Assembly (NCBI GenBank): GCA_963764715.1
Contig: CAVXTP010000022.1
Span: 160,001-224,000, forward strand
Reading direction: 5' to 3'
From: an uncultured Acidobacteriota bacterium
GTDB taxonomy: Bacteria; Acidobacteriota; Thermoanaerobaculia; UBA5066; Gp7-AA6
DNA length: 64,000 bases
Shown: piece after piece, positions 55,038-64,000 of the stretch
How the letters are laid out: every line of letters begins with the position of its first letter
Numbering within the stretch: the first letter of the stretch is position 1
Translations under genes and position numbers: made by a program
Notes under the pieces: model-generated
What the model saw: only the letters and a program-made list of their open reading frames with translations
What the model was told of the DNA's origin: nothing
Databases searched by the model: none

Positions 55038-57400
55038 GGGGAGCCGAAGAGGCACCGCGTCCGCTCCGGGAGACCCTGCTCGCCGGGACCTTCTTTCTCG
55101 CCTACACGATCCTCGCGACCTGGCCCCAGGCGATCCACCTCTCCGACGGGCTCGTCGACCTCCTCGACGCGAAGCTCTCGGCCTGGATCTTCCACTGGGA
55201 CTGGGTGCAGACCCTCCGCGATCCCGCGAACCTCTTCCAGGCCCCGATCCTCCACCCGGCCAGGTACGTGCTGGCGTTCTCCGAGAACCTCTACGGGGCG
55301 GCCGCGTTCGGCTTTCCGCTGCTCGCCGCCGGGGCGTCGGCGGTCACCAACTACAACGTGCTCCTGCTCGGCGGGATGTTCCTGTCCGCCCTGTCGGCGT
55401 GGGCGCTCGCCCGGTACGTGACGGGGGACGCGCTCGCCGCGCTCGCCGCGGGCGTCGTCTACGGGTTCCTGCCGTACAAGCTCGCCCAGCTTCCCCACGT
55501 GCACATGGAATGGGGTCCGTTCCTCTGCCTCGTCTTCCTCTTCCTCCTGCGCTACCTCGATCTCGGTCGCCGCCGGGACGCGGTGCTCCTCGCCGTGGCC
55601 TTCGCGTGGAACGCGATTGCCTGCATCCAGTACGCGTTCTTCACCGGGTTTCTCGTGGTCATCGTGCTCGCCCTCGAGCTCGTCCAGGGCGGTCCGCAGC
55701 GGGGACGCCGCGTCGTCGGGGCGGTCCTCGCCATGGGGATCGGAGCGCTGGCGTTCGTGCCCTTCGCGATGCCGTACCAGAAGGCCTCCGACCTCTACGG
55801 GATGCGGCGAACCGTCGGGGAGATGACGTTTTTCTCGGCCAGGCCCGGCTACTTCCTCTCGGCGGGGGAGCGGAATCGTCTCTGGGGGCCCCTGACCGAA
55901 CGGTTCCGCGGGCCCGAAGGCGACTTTTTTCCGGGGGTCCTGGCGCTCGGGCTCGCCGTCGTCGCGGTCGCGCGCGGCCGGCGGAGGGAGCCGACGGCGG
56001 ACCGTCCGGAGGGCGCCGCATCCACGGCCCGCCGGCGCGCGGCGCGGGGGATGGACGGGGTCATCCTCCTGCTCGTCGCCGTCTGGTTCGCGGCCCGTTC
56101 GATTCCGCACCTGCGCATTGGGCCGCTGTCGCTCGGGGACGCCGGTCGGGTGCAGGTCTTCCTGACGCTGGCCGTCGTCCTGCGCCTCGCGCTCGCGTTT
56201 CCGCAGAGGAGCCGGTACGCGAATCTCGGCGACTTTCTCCGCCGACAAAGCCTCGACCGCCGCGTTCTCCTCCTGCTCGCCGTCGCGACCGCAGGCGTCC
56301 TCGTCGCGCTCGGCGGCAACACGCCGTACTACCGCTTCCTCTTCCTGACCTTCGGCGCGCTGTTCCGGGCGATCCGGGTTGCGGCCCGCGGCGTCGTCCT
56401 GTTCCAGGCGGCGCTCGCCGTCCTCGCGGCCTGGGGACTGTCGATCCTGACGCGCCGGCGGTCGCCCGGCGAAAGGGCGTCCGGCGTGGCCGTGGCGCTC
56501 GCGCTCCTGACCCTCGAGTACCGGGCGTTTCCGATCACGATCTACCCCTACGACTCGAGCCCGGTCCCTGTGTACGAGTGGCTGCGCGCGAGCAACCTCG
56601 ACGGAGGACTCCTCGAGATGCCGCTCGGTTTCCCTCACGACTGCGAGTACACGCTGCGCCAGGCCGAACACGAGAAGCCCCTCGTCAACGGGCACTCGAG
56701 CTTCGCGCCGAAGCCGTACGAGGAGCTGTATCCGCTGGCGCACCAGCGACCCATCCCCGACGCTCTCTGGGAGAAGCTCGAACCCCTGGATGCTCGCCTG
56801 ATCGTCCTGCACATGGACGCGCGCGGCGGGAACGGGCTCGAGCTGCTCGAGTACGTCCGTTTCGCTCGGCGGGGCGTCGAGAAGGGCCGCGTGGAGGCGG
56901 TCGGCACTTTCCCCCACGGCGGCGAGACCGACGTCGTCCTGCGCCCGGTGGGCGCGCCCGCCGTCCTTCCCGCTCCTCCCGGATCCGCCCTCCAGGCGAT
57001 GGACGCGCTCCGCGTCGCCGATGCCCGCATCGCCCCGCCCTTCGGCGACGTGACGTTCCCGGAACCGGTCTGGCCCGGGCAATGGCACGGCGCCTGGGCG
57101 CTGGACGACTCGGGGATCGCCGAGGTCCGGATCGCGTCGGAGCGGGGCACGGAAGGCTCGGCCCTTCTCCACATGCGGATGCCCGGCCTCTTCGAGCATT
57201 TTCCGGACTATCCCGAAGCGAAGGACGACCGGGGGGGATTCGGGTTCGGAATCCCCGACCTCACTCCGGGAACGCACGTGCTGACGTTCACCCTCATCGC
57301 CAACGACGGCGGCCGGACGATCCTGAAGCGGACCGTCGAGGTCCGGCCGCCCCCGACGCCGTCGCCCGCGCGCGTCGGGACTCGCATTCCGGGACGCTGA
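55034..57400 (+). CDS. Large polytopic membrane protein, probable GT-C glycosyltransferase (YfhO-like), C-terminal Ig-like domain
   Basis: TWP..D..W, LFQAPILHP, AFSEN, FFPG, RVAAR, PLVNGHS, WALDDSG. Confidence 0.65.
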   Translation: MRGAEEAPRPLRETLLAGTFFLAYTILATWPQAIHLSDGLVDLLDAKLSAWIFHWDWVQTLRDPANLFQAPILHPARYVLAFSENLYGAAAFGFPLLAAGASAVTNYNVLLLGGMFLSALSAWALARYVTGDALAALAAGVVYGFLPYKLAQLPHVHMEWGPFLCLVFLFLLRYLDLGRRRDAVLLAVAFAWNAIACIQYAFFTGFLVVIVLALELVQGGPQRGRRVVGAVLAMGIGALAFVPFAMPYQKASDLYGMRRTVGEMTFFSARPGYFLSAGERNRLWGPLTERFRGPEGDFFPGVLALGLAVVAVARGRRREPTADRPEGAASTARRRAARGMDGVILLLVAVWFAARSIPHLRIGPLSLGDAGRVQVFLTLAVVLRLALAFPQRSRYANLGDFLRRQSLDRRVLLLLAVATAGVLVALGGNTPYYRFLFLTFGALFRAIRVAARGVVLFQAALAVLAAWGLSILTRRRSPGERASGVAVALALLTLEYRAFPITIYPYDSSPVPVYEWLRASNLDGGLLEMPLGFPHDCEYTLRQAEHEKPLVNGHSSFAPKPYEELYPLAHQRPIPDALWEKLEPLDARLIVLHMDARGGNGLELLEYVRFARRGVEKGRVEAVGTFPHGGETDVVLRPVGAPAVLPAPPGSALQAMDALRVADARIAPPFGDVTFPEPVWPGQWHGAWALDDSGIAEVRIASERGTEGSALLHMRMPGLFEHFPDYPEAKDDRGGFGFGIPDLTPGTHVLTFTLIANDGGRTILKRTVEVRPPPTPSPARVGTRIPGR

Positions 57401-57410
57401 GGCCGGCGAC

Positions 57411-58799
57411 TCAGGGGCCGTCGGGCGAGGCTTTCGCGCGGAGCGAGGCGTAGAGCCCGGGGTCCTCGATCCAGGCTCCGTCCCGCCGCCGCCAGATCGT
57501 CGCGTGCCGCCGGAGAATCTCTCGGGCGTGGGCGATCTCCGGGTCGAAGCGGCCGATCGAGTGCGGCGTTGCGACGCCGTAGAGCTTGTCGAGGCCGGGA
57601 AGGAACCAGTAGGCGGGCTCTTCGCTGTAGACGAGCCGGTCCGGGTATGCGAGGTAGAACCGGCCTTCCGCTTCGCTGTCCGCCAGTCGGTCGAGCCAGT
57701 ACCGCCGCGTCGTCACCGTGCCGGGAATGACGACCGCCAGGACAAGCGCGAAAGCCACGGCCCGCGTGGCGCGGCTCGCGAAGCGGCCCAGCAGATACGC
57801 TCCGGCGAGGAGCACGGTGGTCTGGAGGGCGAAGACGGCGCGGTACCAGGTTCCCGGCGTCTCGTGGGTCAGCAGCACCGCCGGGGCCGTCGGGTAGGTC
57901 GCGGCGAGACCCGCGGCCAGGACTCCGAGAAAGAGAACGACGGGTCTCCACCCGGAAGGCTTTCGCAGGGCCGCCACCGCGAGCGCGGCGAGGCCGGCGG
58001 CGAGGATCCATCCCCGGGGGCTGACGGCGAGCGTGTCGGGCAGGACGCGCAGATAGCGGAGGTATTCCTGGAGCGACCAGGGCGGATGAGGGTAGTCCGC
58101 GCCGGAGCCGAGGATCGCGATCCGGTACCCGCCGTAGCCCGCGGCGAGCGCGATCGCCGCCGCGCTCCAGCCGAATCGTCGATGCGCCAGCGCGTAGAGA
58201 AACACGAACGCGGGGATCGCGGCGGCGTACGTCTCCTTGGAGAGCATCGCGGCGGCGGCGCAGCCGAGAAAGAGCGCGGCCGTCGACGCCCGGGGCCGCG
58301 CCTCACGGCAGAGGAGCCGGAGCTGGTCGGCGGCGAGGAGGCTCCAGCCCAGGCCCTCCAGGTACTGCCGCGTCCCCAGGTAGTAGTGCACGGCGAGCGT
58401 CGAGGGCAGACAGAGCCAGACGAGGGCGGCGGCCGCGGCGACGAGGGGCTCGACGTCGAAGCGCCGGAGGACGACGGCGATCAGGAACGCGACGAGGACC
58501 GTGGAGACGAGCTGGTGGATCCGCGCGGCCCGCGGCGAGACGCCGAAAGCATGCGTGTCGATCCAGAAGGACAGGACGTGCATTGGGACGAGGGACGCTC
58601 CGGTGCCCCAGCGGTGGAGGACGTTCGGGTCGAGGAAGATGTCGATTGGATTGTCGACCGCGGCGGCCGCGGCGTAGTGGTGGGGATCGTCTTCAAACCA
58701 CCACTTCGAGGTCGACTGGAGGTAGAGGCCGCAGAACGCGAGGGCCACGAGCGCGACCGAGAGCCCCAGGACCCGGCGGCGTTCGGTCGGACGGAGCAC
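57411..58799 (-). CDS. Polytopic membrane protein, probable GT-C glycosyltransferase
   Basis: TM1 followed by WFEDD acidic motif, FG..P..H, AMLSKE; multi-TM. Confidence 0.6.
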   Translation of the reverse strand: MLRPTERRRVLGLSVALVALAFCGLYLQSTSKWWFEDDPHHYAAAAAVDNPIDIFLDPNVLHRWGTGASLVPMHVLSFWIDTHAFGVSPRAARIHQLVSTVLVAFLIAVVLRRFDVEPLVAAAAALVWLCLPSTLAVHYYLGTRQYLEGLGWSLLAADQLRLLCREARPRASTAALFLGCAAAAMLSKETYAAAIPAFVFLYALAHRRFGWSAAAIALAAGYGGYRIAILGSGADYPHPPWSLQEYLRYLRVLPDTLAVSPRGWILAAGLAALAVAALRKPSGWRPVVLFLGVLAAGLAATYPTAPAVLLTHETPGTWYRAVFALQTTVLLAGAYLLGRFASRATRAVAFALVLAVVIPGTVTTRRYWLDRLADSEAEGRFYLAYPDRLVYSEEPAYWFLPGLDKLYGVATPHSIGRFDPEIAHAREILRRHATIWRRRDGAWIEDPGLYASLRAKASPDGP

Positions 58800-58852
58800 G
58801 CCCGGGCATTCTATCGGCACGATTCGCGAAAGCCCTTATAATCCGCGCCCTC

Positions 58853-60145
<1,293 letters not shown>

Positions 60146-60166
60146 GCCGGGCTTCGGCCCTCCCCG

Positions 60167-61573
60167 ATGAGCTCCAAGACCCTGCCCTCCGTCGGCGTCG
60201 TCTCGCTCGGCTGCCCGAAGAACCTCGTCGACACCGAGGTGATGCTCGGGCACCTGCAGCGGGCCGGGCACGCCATCGTCCCCGACGCCGAGGCCCGCAT
60301 CGTCCTCGTGAACACCTGCGGCTTCATCGACCGGGCGAAGGAAGAGTCGGTCGAGACGATCCTCGAGCAGGTCGAGCGCAAGAGGAAGGGCCAGATCGAC
60401 CGGGTCATCGTGGCCGGCTGCATGGTCCAGAAGTACGGCCGCGAGCTTTCGGCCGAGATCCCCGAGGTAGACGCGTTCGTCGGCCTCGACGAGCTCGAGA
60501 ACGCCCCCGCGGCGGCTGCCGGCCTGCCGACGCTGCCGCGCTTCACCGACAAGCCGCTCGCGACCCGCCTCTACGACGAGCTCGCGCCGCGCGTCCTGTC
60601 GCGCCGGCGGGGCTACGCGTATCTCAAGGTCGGCGAGGGCTGCGACAATCCCTGCACCTTCTGCACGATCCCGCAGATGCGCGGCTTCCAGAGGAGCCGC
60701 ACGGTCGCCTCGCTCGTCGCCGAGGCCAGGGCGCTCGAGGCCCAGGGAGTCTCGGAGCTCGTGCTGATCTCGCAGGACACCACCCGCTACGGCGAGGACC
60801 TCGGGATGGGCCGCGCGGGCCTCGCCCGCCTCGTCGAGGCGCTCGCCGCCGGAACGGGCTTTCCCTGGATCCGCTTTCTCTACGCCTACCCGAAGACGCT
60901 CGACGACTCGGTCCTCGACCTGATGGCCGCCGAGCCGCGCTTCCTGCCGTACGTCGACATCCCGCTCCAGCACGTGGCGCGGCCGGTGCTCGCCGCGATG
61001 CGCCGGGGGGGCGACGCGGAGGCCTATCGCCGGATGCTCGACCGCATGCGGGAGAGGGCGCCGGGCATCGCGATCCGAACGACCTTCATCCTCGGGTTCC
61101 CGACCGAAGGGGAGGCGGAGTTCGCCGAGCTCTGCCGGTTCGTGCGCGAGGCCGGGTTCGACAACCTGGGGGCCTTCACGTATTCGCCGGAACCGGGCTC
61201 TGGCTCCGAGGCTCTGGGCGACCCGGTCCCCGACGAGGAGAAGGAGCGCCGCAAGGACTTTCTTCTCTCCCTCCAGCAGCCGATCGCCCGCTCCCGGCTC
61301 CGGGCCCTCCGGGGACGCGAGGTCGAGGCCATCGTCGAAGGCCCGTCGGAGGAGCACGAGTACCTGCTCGACGGCCGCCTGCGCTCGCAGGCCCCCGAGA
61401 TCGACGGCCGGCTCCTCATCACCGACGCCGGCGGCCGGACGCTCTTCCCCGGCGACATCGTGCGGGTCCGGATCGAGAAGAGCTTCGATTACGACGTCAC
61501 GGGAACCGTGGTGGCGTCGGCCCGAGACCGGGCCGCGGACGGCGGACCGCAGACGGCAGACACCGCCCGCTGA
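60167..61573 (+). CDS. rimO: Ribosomal protein S12 methylthiotransferase RimO
   Basis: SLGCPKNLVD, NTCGFI, EGCDNPCTFCTIP, QAPEIDG. Confidence 0.96.
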   Translation: MSSKTLPSVGVVSLGCPKNLVDTEVMLGHLQRAGHAIVPDAEARIVLVNTCGFIDRAKEESVETILEQVERKRKGQIDRVIVAGCMVQKYGRELSAEIPEVDAFVGLDELENAPAAAAGLPTLPRFTDKPLATRLYDELAPRVLSRRRGYAYLKVGEGCDNPCTFCTIPQMRGFQRSRTVASLVAEARALEAQGVSELVLISQDTTRYGEDLGMGRAGLARLVEALAAGTGFPWIRFLYAYPKTLDDSVLDLMAAEPRFLPYVDIPLQHVARPVLAAMRRGGDAEAYRRMLDRMRERAPGIAIRTTFILGFPTEGEAEFAELCRFVREAGFDNLGAFTYSPEPGSGSEALGDPVPDEEKERRKDFLLSLQQPIARSRLRALRGREVEAIVEGPSEEHEYLLDGRLRSQAPEIDGRLLITDAGGRTLFPGDIVRVRIEKSFDYDVTGTVVASARDRAADGGPQTADTAR

Positions 61574-61596
61574 GAGCCGGCGGGAAGAGCGATTCC

Positions 61597-62559
61597 ATGC
61601 AGGTGATCCGCGATCCGCTCCGCCAGACGGACCTTCCACGCGGCGGCGTGGGCACCATCGGCAACTTCGACGGCGTCCACCTGGGCCACCGCCGGATCCT
61701 CGCGACCGTGGTCGCGCGCGCCCGCGAGGTCGGCCGGACCTCCTTCGCGATCACCTTCGAGCCCCACCCGATGGCCGTCCTCCGCCCCGACCGCGCGCCG
61801 CGGCGCATCCAGACGCTCCGCCAGAAGGAGGAGACGATCGAGGCGATCGGGATCGACGCCCTGCTCGTGATCCCGTTCACCCGCGATTTCTCGCTGACCG
61901 AGCCCGAGGACTTCGTCCGGGGCCTGCTCGCCGAGCGACTCGGCGCCTCGGAGCTCTACATCGGCGCGCACTTCGCGTTCGGCCGGGGCAAGCGCGGCGA
62001 CCTGGCCCTCCTTTCGCGGCTCGGCGCCGAATGCGGGTTCGTCGCCTCGGCGGTGGGGGAGGTCCTCCATGGCGGCGAGCCCGTCTCCTCGAGCCGCATC
62101 CGCCGGGCCCTCGAGCGCGGGGAGATCCCGGAGGCGAACGCGATGCTCGGCCGCGAGTACGAGCTCGACGGCCTCGTGTCCCGCGGCGACCGGGTCGGCC
62201 ACCAGATCGGCGTGCCGACGATCAACCTCGAGCCCGAGAACGAGCTCTCGCCGGCCGACGGGGTGTACGTCACCGAGATCGAGATCCGCTCCTTCGGCCG
62301 CCGGTTCACGAGCGTGACGAACATCGGGCGCCGCCCGACGCTGTACGAGGAGTACCGCACGACGATCGAGACGTTCGTCCTCGACTTCTCGTCCGACGTC
62401 TACGGCGAGCGCGTGCGGCTGTTCTTCCTCGACCGCCTGCGCGAGGAGCGAAAGTTCCCCTCGGTGATGGAGCTCCGCGCCCAGATCCAGCGGGACGTCG
62501 CGTCGACGCGCGACTACTTCGCGGCCCGCCGCGGGACGGACGCTCCGCCGCGCCGGTGA
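61597..62559 (+). CDS. ribF: Bifunctional riboflavin kinase/FAD synthetase
   Basis: GNFDGVHLGH, TFEPHP, VSSSRIR, GVPTIN, NIGRRPT, LREERKF. Confidence 0.96.
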   Translation: MQVIRDPLRQTDLPRGGVGTIGNFDGVHLGHRRILATVVARAREVGRTSFAITFEPHPMAVLRPDRAPRRIQTLRQKEETIEAIGIDALLVIPFTRDFSLTEPEDFVRGLLAERLGASELYIGAHFAFGRGKRGDLALLSRLGAECGFVASAVGEVLHGGEPVSSSRIRRALERGEIPEANAMLGREYELDGLVSRGDRVGHQIGVPTINLEPENELSPADGVYVTEIEIRSFGRRFTSVTNIGRRPTLYEEYRTTIETFVLDFSSDVYGERVRLFFLDRLREERKFPSVMELRAQIQRDVASTRDYFAARRGTDAPPRR

Positions 62560-62832
62560 GCCAGACCCCGGGGGCCGACGCGGGCAGGACGCCCCGGGGG
62601 GTGGGGCGGTTCTTCCGGGCGCTCGGGCCCGGAGTCGTCTCGGGCGCGGCCGACGACGACCCGTCCGGGATCGCGACCTACTCGGTCGCGGGCGCGCGTT
62701 TCGGGACGGCGTTGCTCTGGACGGCCTGGCTGACGTGGCCCCTGATGGCGGCCGTGCAGATGGCGGCTGACCCTGTCTGCCGCGACGCTCCTGATGTTCG
62801 CGGCCGCGATCGGGATGTTCGTCTTCCCCTAG
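62556..62832 (+). pseudogene. Nramp/MntH-like metal transporter remnant with large internal deletion
   Basis: N-terminal LGPGVVSGAADDDPSGIATYSVAGA..PLMAAVQM joined out of frame to a C-terminal helix TLLMFAAAIGMFVFP*. Confidence 0.8.
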
Positions 62833-63662
62833 GCCGGGACCCGCCCCCGCCCCATGGCCCAGCGCACGCACGCCAGCAGCACGAGGCCGGCCCCGAGCGT
62901 CGTGACGATCGTGGCGCCGGTCGGCAGGTCCCAGAGGTAGGAGAGGTATACGCCGACGGCCGAGCTGAGGGCGCCCATGCCCCAGCCGATCGCGAGGCGG
63001 ACACCGAGCCGCGTCGAGAAGAGCATCGCCGAAACGGCCGGGACGATCAGGTACGAAAAGACCAGGAGGACCCCGGCAATCGGCACGGCCGAGGTCACGA
63101 CGAGTCCGAAGGAGCTGTAGAAGAGGAAATCCCAGAAGCGAATTGAGAGTCCCTGCCGCTCGGCCTCGGGCTCGTTCATCGAGATCAGGAGGAACTTCCG
63201 GCGGAGCGCGAAGTGGAAGGCCCCGACGAGCACGAAGAGGCCGGCCGTCTTCGCGAGCTCCGTCCAGGAGACCGAGAGGATGTTGCCGACCAGCATCTCC
63301 TTCAGGTGCTCGGTCTCGCCCGTGGCCTTGGACATCGCCAGGATCGAAGCGGCCGCCGCGACGGCGTAGGCGATCCCGATGATCGCCTCCTGGGGAATGC
63401 GGGTGCTGCGGTGCACCCGGGACAGCGCGAACACGGCGGCGCCGATCAGCGCGAAGCCGAGCGAGAACACGTGTCCCATGTCCGTGTGCATGTCGTAGCC
63501 GGCGAGGATGCCGACGGTCGTGCCGAGCGCGGCGATCTGGGCGAGCGAGAGGTCCACGAAGATCACGCCGCGCTCGACGACGTGCACGCCGAGGTACGCG
63601 AGCATCCCGGTGACGATGAGCCCGGCGACGAACGCCGGCAGGAGGACCTCGAAAACGCTCAT
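62829..63662 (-). CDS. Metal (Mn/Zn/Fe) ABC transporter permease
   Basis: LGVHVVERGVIFVDLSLAQIAALG, QEAIIG, GVLLVFSYLIVPA, DLPTGA. Confidence 0.92.
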   Translation of the reverse strand: MSVFEVLLPAFVAGLIVTGMLAYLGVHVVERGVIFVDLSLAQIAALGTTVGILAGYDMHTDMGHVFSLGFALIGAAVFALSRVHRSTRIPQEAIIGIAYAVAAAASILAMSKATGETEHLKEMLVGNILSVSWTELAKTAGLFVLVGAFHFALRRKFLLISMNEPEAERQGLSIRFWDFLFYSSFGLVVTSAVPIAGVLLVFSYLIVPAVSAMLFSTRLGVRLAIGWGMGALSSAVGVYLSYLWDLPTGATIVTTLGAGLVLLACVRWAMGRGRVPA

Positions 63663-64000
63663 GGCCTGGCTCCCTTCTTCGCGGCGAGGGCGCCGGCGAG
63701 AAGCTTCACGTCGTAGTCGAAGAGGGCTACGTAGTCCTTCGCCTCCGGGACGCCTCCGACCGAGGGGATGAAGGTCACGAGCGTCGCGCCCGTCTTCTCG
63801 GCCACGGCCTTCGGCGTCTTCTGGTCGAAGTAGGGCTCCATGAGGATGACCGGGATCTTCTTCTCGATCATCATGTTGATGAGGTCCACGGTGTGCGCGG
63901 GGGACGGCGGCACGCCGGGCTTGGGCTCGATGTAGCCGGCCGCGACGAGCTTGTAGTGCTTGAGAAAGTTCGGCCAGGAGTTGTGGTACGTGACGAGCTC
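63659..64000 (-). CDS. Metal ABC transporter substrate-binding protein (ZnuA/TroA family), 5' end outside window
   Basis: Frame open to the window edge: LVTYHNSWPNF..IEPKPGVPPSPAH..EPYF. Confidence 0.9.
   Translation of the reverse strand, partial: ELVTYHNSWPNFLKHYKLVAAGYIEPKPGVPPSPAHTVDLINMMIEKKIPVILMEPYFDQKTPKAVAEKTGATLVTFIPSVGGVPEAKDYVALFDYDVKLLAGALAAKKGARP

Overview
High-GC (by eye roughly 70%) chromosomal window from a diderm bacterium. Gene content and protein style suggest Acidobacteriota, possibly Thermoanaerobaculia-like (inference). It is mostly core genome: hrcA-grpE-dnaK-dnaJ-prmA-rsmE with a CIRCE operator, ilvE, pilT-recX-alaS, pgsA, trmB, idh, queG, ffh-rpsP-khpA-rimM-trmD-rplS-rnhB, asnS-rimO-ribF and a metal ABC transporter. 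I found no rRNA, tRNA, CRISPR array, transposase or integrase. Main points of interest: (1) Myxococcota-type polarity/pilus-control parts scattered among housekeeping genes: an MglA GTPase with a long acidic/Pro-rich C-terminal extension (absent from the ORF track), an SgmX-like TPR protein, a PilT paralog, and a DUF4388 protein coupled to a diguanylate cyclase. (2) A tolC-yip1-ABC ATPase cluster with two matching ECF-sigma (SigW-like, GAAAC-N16-CGTA) promoters but no adaptor or permease. (3) Several GT-C-type membrane glycosyltransferases, including a TMEM260-like/TPR protein paired with an AlkP-TPR lipoprotein. (4) recX with no canonical start codon, in frame directly after the pilT stop. 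(5) An internally deleted Nramp pseudogene. (6) Heptamer-based palindromes, a composite REP-like structured element, and many apparently leaderless genes. All family calls are from motif recognition by eye, not database searches.
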